Shown here: positions 10,471 through 20,285 of the stretch, in pieces
Numbering within the stretch: the stretch's first letter is position 1
Layout of the letters: every line of letters starts with the position of its first letter
Translations under genes and position numbers: made by a program
The notes under the pieces: generated by a model
What the model was told of the DNA's origin: nothing
What the model saw: the letters and a program-made list of their open reading frames with translations, nothing else
Databases searched by the model: none
Assembly (NCBI GenBank): GCA_964477125.1
Contig: CAYZCZ010000003.1
Coordinates: 1 to 48,791, forward strand
DNA from: an uncultured Candidatus Saccharibacteria bacterium
Lineage (GTDB): Bacteria > Patescibacteriota > Saccharimonadia > Saccharimonadales > CAIOMD01
Length of the DNA: 48,791 nt
Reading direction: 5' to 3'

Positions 10471-12522
10471 TTAGTAAATTTTATTGATTGATAATGGACG
10501 AGTAGTACGATGCAAGCGATCTATGAGTAGATTATCTTGCTCTTTTCCGATATATGTTAATCGTTTAGCATTTCTAAATGTCATTCTTTTTAAAAGACTA
10601 TTCTTATATGCAACTATCTTATCTAATGTTTCCTGTGATCTATATGGAATAGCTAAGTTAGCTTTATTGATATATTTACCAACACTACTGCTGTTGTAGC
10701 GACCAACTATTTTACTTAACGTCTCTACATTTAACGTTGTGGTTCTGTTTGCACTAAAATCCTTGGCTTGAGCTGATCTTTTTTGTCTAGGTTGAATTTT
10801 GGATATAGATAATAAGCTAGCAGTAACCCTCGAACTTGGGTTTGGGGCTGTTAGTTTGTTGTTTAAATATGTCAAATTTGCTTTAGTCTGTGTTGATTTT
10901 TTATGTTTATTACCCTTATTTTTACTAGTTTTTGTAGTGATATATTTACGCTTTTTAACTTGCTGGTCGATACTTTTTTTTAGGTCTGATTTAATTGCAA
11001 AGTTAGCTCTGGGCATGTTTAGGTCCGATTTAATTTTTGGTAAATCATTTTGAATATTATTTGAACCTGTAGCGTCGGTGCCATTTATGATAGTAGTTTT
11101 GCCAGTTCGAATATTTATACTAAATTCTGGTTCCCTTTCTTGGGAATTGAACTTGGAATGATTTGCAGTTGAGCCAAATACTGGCATTTTAAAATCATTA
11201 TTCTCTTTTGTTAGTTGATCTACATCACTACCTGAACTAAACCTAAGTAACCTGGAAATAAAATGTACTCTGGGAATACGAAATTTTGAAGACTTTTGCT
11301 TTTCATCATTCTTTATTCTTTTAGCATCTTTGAGACTTGGTTTATTATTAGTTACTTCAGCTGGAACGATTGCGGGGTTAACCTCTTCATTATTAACACC
11401 TAAATTTTCAACATCTGCTAATGATTCTTTCGATTTATTGTTGTCTATACTATTTTGGGCTAACTGGAAGTTAGCAGAATTTTGCTTAAATTTATGGGTG
11501 TCATGTTGTAATTTGGTCTTAACGTTTGATTCGACAATTGGCCTTGAAATATTTTGCTGGACTGGTTTTGGCAATTCGATAGCTGTATTAACTTGCTTTA
11601 TAGTATTCGAGCCCGCCAGAGCTATTGTAGCTACCTTTGAGTTGTATGCAGCTTTTGGATTATTAATTTGAGCTTGAGGAAAACCAATTTTAGCATTACT
11701 ATATTCCGTTTGAATTACGCTTTCTTCTGTTGGCTTACTTATATAAGTAACATTATTACCGCTTTGCACGCCATTTGTTGTAGGCGCTGATGCAAATTGT
11801 TTTGTTTCAGTTGCTTCCGCTGTGACAATTTTTTTTGCTTTTGTACTATATTCTATATTGTCATTATTTAGGCTTAAATCTTCTTCTGCCAAATATGTTT
11901 TTTTATCATCGAACCAATCAAAAACTACCAAAAAAACATTCATAAAAGATATTAGAACTAATAAAGTATTAACGTTTAGCATTTTACCAAATAATTTATG
12001 ACCAAAAATACTAGCAACTAGGCTTACGATAAACCAAATAACTATTAAAAGAACCTGGAATGACCAAAACCTGGCAGTAAATAATAGTTTAGTGAACAAA
12101 ATAACCACACAAGCAATTAATGCCGACATAGCAGAAAATTTGGCGAAACCAGTTGCTCCATTAATAAGTAAAATCAATGCAAAACCACCAAATATACCTA
12201 TACCAAATATTGGTAATAATATCGACAACTGTTTGTCGCCTACAAACTTTTTGACTAAACCCCATAAATACAACCCAACAAACGGCAATAAAATTAATGC
12301 AAGAATTACATTTAGGGTTAATCCAAAAATAGGTCCGTTAAGTTCTATATTACCCATACTTTTTTGCCATAAAAGCCAAATTGCACTTGGAATACTTACC
12401 AACAATAACCCAGCAAAATATCCCCTTAGATGTCTTTGTGGTTTAACGTCTGTCCTTGTGCCAAGGAATAATACAAATGCACTTATAAGTAAAATAATAG
12501 TTGTTATAAGGCTACTACGCAT
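10471..12522 (-). CDS. Polytopic membrane protein with a long K/N/S-rich low-complexity tail
   Basis: About 200 aa containing 6-7 hydrophobic helices, then about 480 aa of basic low-complexity sequence. Its start overlaps the stop of the upstream gene by 8 nt. Confidence 0.5.
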   Translation of the reverse strand: MRSSLITTIILLISAFVLFLGTRTDVKPQRHLRGYFAGLLLVSIPSAIWLLWQKSMGNIELNGPIFGLTLNVILALILLPFVGLYLWGLVKKFVGDKQLSILLPIFGIGIFGGFALILLINGATGFAKFSAMSALIACVVILFTKLLFTARFWSFQVLLIVIWFIVSLVASIFGHKLFGKMLNVNTLLVLISFMNVFLVVFDWFDDKKTYLAEEDLSLNNDNIEYSTKAKKIVTAEATETKQFASAPTTNGVQSGNNVTYISKPTEESVIQTEYSNAKIGFPQAQINNPKAAYNSKVATIALAGSNTIKQVNTAIELPKPVQQNISRPIVESNVKTKLQHDTHKFKQNSANFQLAQNSIDNNKSKESLADVENLGVNNEEVNPAIVPAEVTNNKPSLKDAKRIKNDEKQKSSKFRIPRVHFISRLLRFSSGSDVDQLTKENNDFKMPVFGSTANHSKFNSQEREPEFSINIRTGKTTIINGTDATGSNNIQNDLPKIKSDLNMPRANFAIKSDLKKSIDQQVKKRKYITTKTSKNKGNKHKKSTQTKANLTYLNNKLTAPNPSSRVTASLLSISKIQPRQKRSAQAKDFSANRTTTLNVETLSKIVGRYNSSSVGKYINKANLAIPYRSQETLDKIVAYKNSLLKRMTFRNAKRLTYIGKEQDNLLIDRLHRTTRPLSINKIY

Positions 12523-13330
12523 GAATAAGCCTTATGACTAATTTTTTAAATATATTAAACCGACTAGGAGTAACATTATTATCAAAGATCCTGAACGGTT
12601 CTTTAGCAATGCAGTTTTTTTCCCAGTTATTAATATCAATTGTGGTCTTTAAGGCGACCCTTTTTGAGTACGGTAAGAATTTGCACAAACCCTTAGCTTC
12701 ATTTTGGTATTGGCAATATGTTGCAATTTGCGCCTCAATAAATTCTCGGTAGGCTCCTGGATATTTTAGTGCTACCTTTTCTGTAGGATAAGGTAAGCCA
12801 TATTTCCGTAATTCCGTAGTTGGAAAATAAAATCTCCCGTTCATTGTATCGTTATCTAAATTTCTAATAAAACTCAAATATAGTATAGCCTTGCTTTGTT
12901 GACAAATAAGTTCATTTGCCTTTGTATCAATATGAAAAATTCTTGCTAAAATTAGACCGACTGAATCACCTGCCCCTGCCATATATTCTTGTAGATCTTC
13001 GTTATTGGTATAAATTTTTCTCGTAAAATCAGTATTTCTAGCTGAAAGATAACTATTTATTAATGCCCTGTCTACTTCGTACTTATCACATAGCTCTTTA
13101 ACATTAGCCACGACATCACGATACTCTTTAGAGAGATTGCGTATAGGAGTATTATTCTGAAATATTTGTTCAATTATTTTAAACTTTTGATAGCCATAAC
13201 TACCTTGTTCAACTAAATTATTAATAATGCGAATAAATTCGTAAAATTTTCTAGCATCTACCTTAGAAGTATCAGAGAAAATATAGGTTGTATTAAGAAT
13301 ACCCACAATGCTTGTAGTGCCAACTTCCAT
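12515..13330 (-). CDS. Squalene/phytoene synthase-fold protein with degenerate Asp-rich motifs
   Basis: Collinear with CrtB. FYEFIRIINNLVEQ aligns with LYAWCRHCDDVIDD. EYMAGAGDSVGLILARIF aligns with YCYHVAGVVGLMMAQIM. FIRNLDNDTMNGRFYFP aligns with IARDIVDDAHAGRCYLP. Confidence 0.6.
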   Translation of the reverse strand: MEVGTTSIVGILNTTYIFSDTSKVDARKFYEFIRIINNLVEQGSYGYQKFKIIEQIFQNNTPIRNLSKEYRDVVANVKELCDKYEVDRALINSYLSARNTDFTRKIYTNNEDLQEYMAGAGDSVGLILARIFHIDTKANELICQQSKAILYLSFIRNLDNDTMNGRFYFPTTELRKYGLPYPTEKVALKYPGAYREFIEAQIATYCQYQNEAKGLCKFLPYSKRVALKTTIDINNWEKNCIAKEPFRIFDNNVTPSRFNIFKKLVIRLIHA

Positions 13331-13483
13331 ACTTCTCTCCTTTTAATGCCTTTTTCTATTTGAATTTTAGCAGATAAACTACGGGCAAAGAATAGACTTT
13401 TTTTCAGGTTAAAAATTATGTTCAAACTAGCTATACCAAATACCAGTGCTTAATTCTACTGCATTATTTTATTGGCTAGAATA

Positions 13484-14035
13484 TTAAAGCGATAGTTCGT
13501 CGATATTGGCTGTTAAATCAGCCAACGTTTTATCGTTAATAATTTTAATATCAGCGATATTTGCTATTGAATTACGATTAAAATCCGCATCGGAAGCTCC
13601 CGTTGATGCTTCCTGCAACTCCCTCGCTATAAATTCGTTAATCGTAATATTTTTTTCATTATCACGAGCCCTATTAACCATTCTCTGAAATCGAATTTCT
13701 ACAGGAGCATCAGTGAATATAATTTTACCACCAGCATTTTTAATAGCTTTTGCCTCGCCAAGAGTTCTAATGCCAGTTACAACAACTCCATTTTGATTAT
13801 CTGATAATTTAAAAGTATCCAGTGCCCTATCCACCAAAATAGATCCACCATAATTTTGGCGTAATTCGGTTGCTACTTCTTTTAAAACGGGTCTTTCTAT
13901 TGAGCCTCTTTCGGCTTGAGCAAATTGCCTAACAATATCGCTGGTACTAACAAAAAATAACTGATGTTTTTTAGCTAGTATAAGTCCGGTAGTATCCTGT
14001 CCACTGGCAAAAGTCCCACATATTCCAAATATCAT
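13484..14035 (-). CDS. P-loop NMP/dNMP-kinase-like protein with a non-canonical Walker A
   Basis: The N-terminus MIFGICGTFASGQDTT resembles the dNMP-kinase-type P-loop (..SGKDTT) but has Gln in place of the Lys. Its start directly abuts the rpoD stop. Confidence 0.5.
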   Translation of the reverse strand: MIFGICGTFASGQDTTGLILAKKHQLFFVSTSDIVRQFAQAERGSIERPVLKEVATELRQNYGGSILVDRALDTFKLSDNQNGVVVTGIRTLGEAKAIKNAGGKIIFTDAPVEIRFQRMVNRARDNEKNITINEFIARELQEASTGASDADFNRNSIANIADIKIINDKTLADLTANIDELSL

Positions 14036-15139
14036 TTAGCGAATATAGTCCAATAATTTTTTACCATCTTTATGTTTCCGCAACTTAGCCAAAGCCTTAG
14101 CTTCAATTTGCCTAATTCGCTCCCTGGTAACATTAAATTCTTGGCCAACTTCTTCAAGAGTATGACTTTTGCCATCCTCTAGCCCAAAGCGTAAACGAAT
14201 AATTTTTTGTTCACGCTCGCTTAAGCTACTAAGAAGTTCCTTTACATGCTCTTTCAATAACTGACTAGTAGCAGATTCCTCTGGCGTAACAGTATCTTCA
14301 TCTTCAACAAAATCTCCCAATACCGAATCTTCTTCATCGTCACGAACGGATTGGTCTAACGAATGAATATCTTGTTTGATTTTCATTATATGTTCAACTT
14401 TTTCAACCTCTAGTTCCATTTCTTTGGCAATTTCTTCATTGGTTGGTTCACGGTTAAGCTCTTGAGTTAAACGGCGTTGAGTACGTAGTAATTTATTAAT
14501 TGTTTCAACCATATGAACCGGAATACGTATGGTACGGGCCTGGTCGGCAATAGCCCTAGTAATAGCCTGCCTAATCCACCATGTTGCGTAAGTGCTAAAC
14601 TTAAATCCTTTGTCAGGGTCAAATTTTTCTACAGCCCTGAGTAAACCAGTGTTGCCTTCTTGAATTAAATCTAGCAAATCTAGACCACGCCCAACGTATC
14701 GCTTGGCTATAGACACAACTAAACGCATATTTGCTTCGGCCATTTTGTCTTTGGCCCTTTTTTCACCAGCCACAACTCGGTGGGCAAGGCTTAGCTCTTC
14801 TTCAGAAGTTAAAAGTGGTATTTTGCCAATTTCACGTAAATATAAACGTACAGAGTCGTCAGATATATCGTCTAGATAAACTGGAGTTGGAACGACTTCT
14901 TCCTCTTCGTCTTCAACCCATTCTGGGCTAAAGTCGGCGGCGGTTGGCTCCTCGACTGGAGTGATTTCAATTGTTGCCTCTGCAAGTTCAGCATAAAGTG
15001 ACTCAAGAATATCTAGGTTCTCTGGAGTATCTGCAATAGCTTTAAATATCTCACGTTGCTCAATTTTACCGTCTTTTTTTGCTTTTTCTATTAACTTGGC
15101 CTTTTCGACCTGTAAATCTATTGCTGGTTCATCTGCCAT
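14036..15139 (-). CDS. rpoD: RNA polymerase primary sigma factor (sigma-70)
   Basis: Region 2 [30 protein letters not shown]. Region 4 [24 protein letters not shown]. Acidic N-terminus. Confidence 0.95.
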   Translation of the reverse strand: MADEPAIDLQVEKAKLIEKAKKDGKIEQREIFKAIADTPENLDILESLYAELAEATIEITPVEEPTAADFSPEWVEDEEEEVVPTPVYLDDISDDSVRLYLREIGKIPLLTSEEELSLAHRVVAGEKRAKDKMAEANMRLVVSIAKRYVGRGLDLLDLIQEGNTGLLRAVEKFDPDKGFKFSTYATWWIRQAITRAIADQARTIRIPVHMVETINKLLRTQRRLTQELNREPTNEEIAKEMELEVEKVEHIMKIKQDIHSLDQSVRDDEEDSVLGDFVEDEDTVTPEESATSQLLKEHVKELLSSLSEREQKIIRLRFGLEDGKSHTLEEVGQEFNVTRERIRQIEAKALAKLRKHKDGKKLLDYIR

Positions 15140-15145
15140 AAATTA

Positions 15146-16906
15146 TTATTCCTTCTTAAGTAAGTCATTATATTGGCTTAGTAGTTCAGAGATCTGTTTT
15201 TCATCCCCTTGTTCTTCGGCCTGCTTAATTTCTTTGGTTATTTGGTATTTTTTTTCTTTTTGGTTATTTTGGTTCAGTTTTAAAATTAAATCACGCAGCT
15301 CTCTAAGTCGTTCGTTAGATCCAAACGTATCATTAGGATAGAGCTCTTCAGCTTTGAATACTAGTATTTTGACATAGTCTTCGACATCTTTCAAATCTTC
15401 AGGGATATCTGGGTCTAATCTTGCTTGTGGGTTTGCCTCTAAATATTCATAAACACGTTGTCTTTCGGGAGTATGAAACACTAATCTGACAGATTCAGTC
15501 TCAAGTGACCTTCTGGTTGTTGGGTTTGAAACGAGCAAGCATAGTAGCTGGTCTTCATACATGTAACTATCTGGTTTTTGAATAATTTCTTCTGGTTGTT
15601 TGGGTTTTCTTAGTTTTTTATTATCCGTTTTACCTAGTTGTGCTTGCTTTTGTCTAATAGCCGATTCACTGACACCAATAAGCTTAGCTAGCTTAAGTAA
15701 GTAATGATCTTGTTCTACCTTATCTTCTAGATTATTGATAGTAACCAATAATACATCTGTAAATTGCTTCTTTCCATTTGCTGATGTTATGTCGAATTGC
15801 TTTTTATATTTATCTATTAACCAATCTATTGCATACATTGGTTTTTCTACTGCTGTTTGCCAGGCCTGAATATCTTTTTTAATTAACTCATCCGGATCCT
15901 TGGCACCAACAATTTCTATTATAGATAACTGAACGCCAACACCTTGAGCAACTGCTATAGAGCGTTCAGCAGCGGTAATACCTGCTTTATCTTGGTCAAA
16001 ACATAATCGTATATCACTAGTAAAGCGCTGTAATATTTTAAGCTGAGCAGTTGTTAATGCTGTCCCAGCAGTCGCAACCACATTATTTACCCCAGCTTGA
16101 TGACTTGCAATTACATCTAGGTTGCCCTCTACAATAACCACAAAACCGGCTTGCCTAATTGAATCTTTCGCCAAGTTAAGCCCAAATACATGCCTGCTCT
16201 TATCGTAAACAATAGTTGCTGGAGTATTAATGTATTTAGGGGCATTTTCATCAGCAGTTAAAATCCTAGCAGTAAAACCTATGGGTAAGCCCTGGACATC
16301 TGTTAATGGAATCATTACCCTACCTCTAAACATATCGCTAAGCCCATTGTAGCGGGATACACCCAAACCAGCATTTTTTATAGACTCTTCACTTATTCCC
16401 CTTTTCTTTAAAAAATCTATTAATGCCGTTCCATTATTGGGCGAATATCCAATTCTAAAATCGCCCATTGTTTGTTTGTTAAACTTACGAGTTTTAGTAA
16501 CGTAATTAAGTGCTTCTTCATTTTTAAGTAAGGTTTGCTGGTAGTATTTTGTTGCCAATTCTATTGCTTCTAAGGTTTGATCTTTCTTCTTTTTAAAACC
16601 ACTGTCATTATTGCCATAAGGCACTAAATCTACCCCTGCCTTACGCGCAAGAATTTCTAGTGCCCCCTTGAATTCAACACCTTCCATTTCCATAACGAAA
16701 CTAAATATATTACCACCTTTACCACTACTAAAGTCATGCCAAATTTGCTTTTCTGGGCTGACCATAAAGCTAGGTGTTTTTTCGCCACTAAACGGTGACA
16801 AACCCCTAAAGTTACGTCCAGCGCGCTTTAGTTCTATGTAGTCACCAACAACATCCTCCACCGACAAGCGGGATTTTATCTCTTCGACTGCATCCATAAT
16901 ATACAC
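15146..16906 (-). CDS. dnaG: DNA primase
   Basis: GEKTPSFMV core of the zf-CHC2 region. TOPRIM domain (VVIVEGNLDVIA, FDQDKAG). Classic dnaG-rpoD adjacency. The start may be the Met at 16897. Confidence 0.9.
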   Translation of the reverse strand: MYIMDAVEEIKSRLSVEDVVGDYIELKRAGRNFRGLSPFSGEKTPSFMVSPEKQIWHDFSSGKGGNIFSFVMEMEGVEFKGALEILARKAGVDLVPYGNNDSGFKKKKDQTLEAIELATKYYQQTLLKNEEALNYVTKTRKFNKQTMGDFRIGYSPNNGTALIDFLKKRGISEESIKNAGLGVSRYNGLSDMFRGRVMIPLTDVQGLPIGFTARILTADENAPKYINTPATIVYDKSRHVFGLNLAKDSIRQAGFVVIVEGNLDVIASHQAGVNNVVATAGTALTTAQLKILQRFTSDIRLCFDQDKAGITAAERSIAVAQGVGVQLSIIEIVGAKDPDELIKKDIQAWQTAVEKPMYAIDWLIDKYKKQFDITSANGKKQFTDVLLVTINNLEDKVEQDHYLLKLAKLIGVSESAIRQKQAQLGKTDNKKLRKPKQPEEIIQKPDSYMYEDQLLCLLVSNPTTRRSLETESVRLVFHTPERQRVYEYLEANPQARLDPDIPEDLKDVEDYVKILVFKAEELYPNDTFGSNERLRELRDLILKLNQNNQKEKKYQITKEIKQAEEQGDEKQISELLSQYNDLLKKE

Positions 16907-17128
16907 ATCATAAGCTACTTTTTGGTTTTTTGCACATTGATGATTTTTGGTTTATAACTTGTAAAGCTGAACAGAAAGTTGCTTAGACTACATCGAATGA
17001 GTATTTAGAAGTTATAAGCCTGAAATCGCAGGATGCAAGACAAAAAGTCACTTATAGTATATATAAAACAATAATTGTGCACTTATAAGCATATATTAAG
17101 CACAACCGCTGTTATAATAGTTAGTAAT

Positions 17129-17734
17129 ATGCAACCAAACCAAAATCCATACGATTTTATTACAGATAGCGAACCCCCTAAAAAAACCTTAGGTTTAGGT
17201 GGTGGCAGTACAAAGATGCGCATAATCCAGGTAGCAATATTTGCAGTAATAATATTCATAGTACTAATGGTTCTTTATACTTTGGTTATAGGCAATAAAA
17301 AAAGCACTGCCGACCTGCTATACAAACCAGCAGCCCAGCAGGCTGACCTAATTGATTTAACGAAAATTGGTTCTGAAAAAGTTCGTGAAGGTAAGGCTAA
17401 TCTTAAAATGACTACCGCCAATGCCCTATTAAAATCGCAAAACGCAGAAACCTTAGCAATTATTAAAAAAAATGGCGGGGGCAAAAGTTCCACTAAAACT
17501 ATCCTTACATTGCAAGATAAAAAGTACGAAGATGTGTTAAAAGAGGCCGAAAGTAACGGTAAGTATGAAGAGACATTCTTGGCTTTATATGCAAACCGAC
17601 TTGATGCCTACAAAACAAACTTAGAAAGCGTCTATTCCCAGACTAGCGGTAAGAACAAAGACGCAATTGGTAAGATGTATAGCGACCTACAGTATATTTC
17701 CCTGACCGAACAAACAAACGCCCCTAAACAATAG
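17129..17734 (+). CDS. Membrane-anchored hypothetical protein
   Basis: One TM (IIQVAIFAVIIFIVLMVLYTLVI). I prefer the ATG at 17129 to the TTG at 17075. Confidence 0.5.
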   Translation: MQPNQNPYDFITDSEPPKKTLGLGGGSTKMRIIQVAIFAVIIFIVLMVLYTLVIGNKKSTADLLYKPAAQQADLIDLTKIGSEKVREGKANLKMTTANALLKSQNAETLAIIKKNGGGKSSTKTILTLQDKKYEDVLKEAESNGKYEETFLALYANRLDAYKTNLESVYSQTSGKNKDAIGKMYSDLQYISLTEQTNAPKQ

Positions 17735-17782
17735 ATATTTAGAAAAGATATTTACTTATTCGATTTTTTAATCGTCATTTTG

Positions 17783-18118
17783 CTAACTTGCCACTAGGTT
17801 ATAGCTAAGCCGTATTAAATCTTCTATTTCACTATCAGATAATTGACCGGTACAAATGACTGTATTCCAATGCTTTTTATTAAGGTGATACCCGGGTAAT
17901 ACAGTCTCATATTTTTCACGTAATGTTATGGCAAGTAATGGGTCGCATTTTAAGCTAATACGTACTGGATCAGATCCTTCTGAAATGAGGGCAAACATCT
18001 TACCTTCTCCGGTTTCTTTATGCCCCACTTTATATACAGCTACTTCTTTTCCAAATGGGTAGTCTAGCCAACTGTTTGGCATACTTAAAACATATTTTTC
18101 CAAGACTTTATGATCCAT
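17783..18118 (-). CDS. MmcQ/YjbR-family protein
   Basis: The pattern DYPFG....YKV..K.FA.....ISLKCDP......PGYHLNKKHWNTV is typical of YjbR. Confidence 0.65.
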   Translation of the reverse strand: MDHKVLEKYVLSMPNSWLDYPFGKEVAVYKVGHKETGEGKMFALISEGSDPVRISLKCDPLLAITLREKYETVLPGYHLNKKHWNTVICTGQLSDSEIEDLIRLSYNLVAS

Positions 18119-18129
18119 TATTGAATAGG

Positions 18130-18669
18130 TTACAGGTTCAAGTAATTTAAGTAAAATTTTAGTTCAGCTATGGATTCTTGTATATCACCAAGCGCTCTGT
18201 GAGATTCCTGTTTAGTAAACTCAATACTGTATTTATTTTGCATAATAATTTTATAACTACTTACGTCTAGCATGCGGTAATGTAATAGTTTTTCAACATC
18301 TGGCCACCACTGCCTGATGAATCTCCTATCTTGATGAATGCTATTTCCTGCTAAAATTGCAGGCTCTTGGCCAAAATTACGGCGTACAAACCCAACAAAA
18401 TCGTTTACGACATGCTGTTCATTTGGGGCTACCTGTACCCTGCTTAGTAAGCCATTAGCAGAATGTTGGGACCTAGACCATTCATTCATATTTGCTAAAA
18501 TTTGTGGTGGCTGGAAAACTACTGCTTCATATTCATCTATTAAATTAAAATTAAAATCAGTAACAATTGCTGCCACTTCTAAAATACGGTCATTAATTGG
18601 ATGCAGACCGGTCATCTCTAAGTCCACCCAAAGTAGTTTATTAGACTTTTCGTGTTTTAAATCGCTCAT
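18130..18669 (-). CDS. orn: Oligoribonuclease
   Basis: LLWVDLEMTGL, ILEVAAIVTD, NSIHQDRRF and HRALGDI give the DEDDh exonuclease motifs in Orn arrangement. Confidence 0.85.
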   Translation of the reverse strand: MSDLKHEKSNKLLWVDLEMTGLHPINDRILEVAAIVTDFNFNLIDEYEAVVFQPPQILANMNEWSRSQHSANGLLSRVQVAPNEQHVVNDFVGFVRRNFGQEPAILAGNSIHQDRRFIRQWWPDVEKLLHYRMLDVSSYKIIMQNKYSIEFTKQESHRALGDIQESIAELKFYLNYLNL

Positions 18670-18712
18670 ATGGTTATTATCTCATACAAAACAGTACTAA
18701 TATTTAAATTAC

Positions 18713-19081
18713 TTATTCTTGATTTTTAAAATCTAGAGCAAGACTATTGATGCAAAAGCGCATGTTTGTTGGAGTTTGCGGAGCATCGTTAAAAACATGC
18801 CCTAGGTGCCCCCCACAATTGGCACATTGCACTTCTACTCGACGCATATTATTGCTGTTATCTTCAACCAATTTAACTGCCTTCGTATTAGCAACATCAT
18901 AAAAACTAGGCCAGCCACTACCAGAATCAAACTTAGCGTCACTATCAAAAACCTCGCTACCGCAATTTGCACAGATGTATTTTCCAGGTTCTTTATTGTT
19001 TAAATATTGTCCTGAAAATGGAGGCTCTGTAGATTTGTCAAATAATATCGCTCGTTGTTCATCTGTTAAATCATTTTTCAT
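18713..19081 (-). CDS. msrB: Peptide-methionine (R)-S-oxide reductase
   Basis: CxxC pairs (CANCGSEVF, CANCGGHLGHVF), GWPSF and RFCINS. The likely start is MKNDLTDEQ at 19081, not the longer ORF. Confidence 0.9.
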   Translation of the reverse strand: MKNDLTDEQRAILFDKSTEPPFSGQYLNNKEPGKYICANCGSEVFDSDAKFDSGSGWPSFYDVANTKAVKLVEDNSNNMRRVEVQCANCGGHLGHVFNDAPQTPTNMRFCINSLALDFKNQE

Positions 19082-19141
19082 ACCAATAATTATACACTTT
19101 GAGATATCGCGCAAATAGCCCAATTTTATGACATTTATTTG

Positions 19142-20113
19142 TTATTTGTCTAAGACTGATTTACCTAAAACTTTTGCCAAAAGAGACATACGGACATACA
19201 TACCGTACTTCATCTGATCAAAATAAGCAGCCCTTGGATCGACATCGACTTCCTCGGTTATTTCTCCAACCCTTGGAAGTGGATGCATTACTATCATTTC
19301 ATCTTTAGCATTTTCTAATACTTTTGGAGTTATCCTGAATGCATCTTTTAATCGATGGTACTCTGCCTGATCTAAAAATCTTTCACCCTGAACTCTGGTA
19401 ACATATAGCACGTCCGTATCTGGCAAAATTCCGTCAAGTTCATTCGACTCTTTTTGCTGAACTCCCTTTTCTGATAGTTCATTAATGTACTGTTTGGGCA
19501 TTACTAACTCCTTGGGGGAGATATAGTTTAAGCTAACGTCGTATTTTGATAACAATTTAGCCAAAGAATGTACCGTACGCCCGTTCTTTAAGTCTCCTAA
19601 TAACGTTACATTTAGACCGTCAATTCTCCCCAATCTTTCCTGTATTGTGAACAAATCTAACAAAGCTTGAGTAGGATGTTCACCTGAACCATCCCCGGCA
19701 TTTATAACAGGCTTCTCGGCCACTTCCGCAGCAACTGCAACTGCACCCAGCTTAGGATGCCTTAGCACTGTAACGTCCGCATATTGCTCTAGAGACCTTA
19801 CCGTATCCTGTAAGGTCTCGCCTTTTGCAACAGAAGAATACTCTACGTTATTTATCTGAATGACATTACCGCCATGCCTATGCATAGCCGCCTCAAAAGA
19901 TGATGATGTTCTGGTCGATGGTTCATAAAATAAGTTTGCTAATTCTTTACGATACAACAAATTAGTTCCGTCCTCAGACTCCACAACTCTTCTTGTTGCA
20001 TCTGACTCTTCAAACAATTGGTCAATATCATCTCTTTCAAATTGTTCAATTGAAACAATATGCTTATTTTCAAAATTACCGTTTATTGGTTCGCCTTTAT
20101 ATATTTCCGACAT
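19142..20113 (-). CDS. pyrB: Aspartate carbamoyltransferase catalytic chain
   Basis: STRTSSSFEAA, EHPTQALLD and HPLPRV. HPLP rather than HCLP favours ATCase over OTCase. AGGAGG RBS upstream. Confidence 0.85.
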   Translation of the reverse strand: MSEIYKGEPINGNFENKHIVSIEQFERDDIDQLFEESDATRRVVESEDGTNLLYRKELANLFYEPSTRTSSSFEAAMHRHGGNVIQINNVEYSSVAKGETLQDTVRSLEQYADVTVLRHPKLGAVAVAAEVAEKPVINAGDGSGEHPTQALLDLFTIQERLGRIDGLNVTLLGDLKNGRTVHSLAKLLSKYDVSLNYISPKELVMPKQYINELSEKGVQQKESNELDGILPDTDVLYVTRVQGERFLDQAEYHRLKDAFRITPKVLENAKDEMIVMHPLPRVGEITEEVDVDPRAAYFDQMKYGMYVRMSLLAKVLGKSVLDK

Positions 20114-20141
20114 TCTTCCTCCTAAAATTTAGTTATTATTT

Positions 20142-20169
20142 AAAAAAACGAGCCACCTACAGTGACTCG
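20142..20169 (-). terminator. Intrinsic terminator or attenuator between argS and pyrB
   Basis: The reverse strand reads CGAGTCAC-TGTAG-GTGGCTCG (8-bp stem with one G-U pair) followed by TTTTTTT. It lies 28 nt upstream of the pyrB ATG. Confidence 0.55.
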
Positions 20170-20285
20170 CTATAATACTAGTGAATATTGTTCCCCTACG
20201 CTCATTTTTCCCCTTAAATTAGTTTGATTTGGGAGTTCTTGAACCTATTACATTTAACCATTTTATTTGCGCCAAAGTCAAATTT

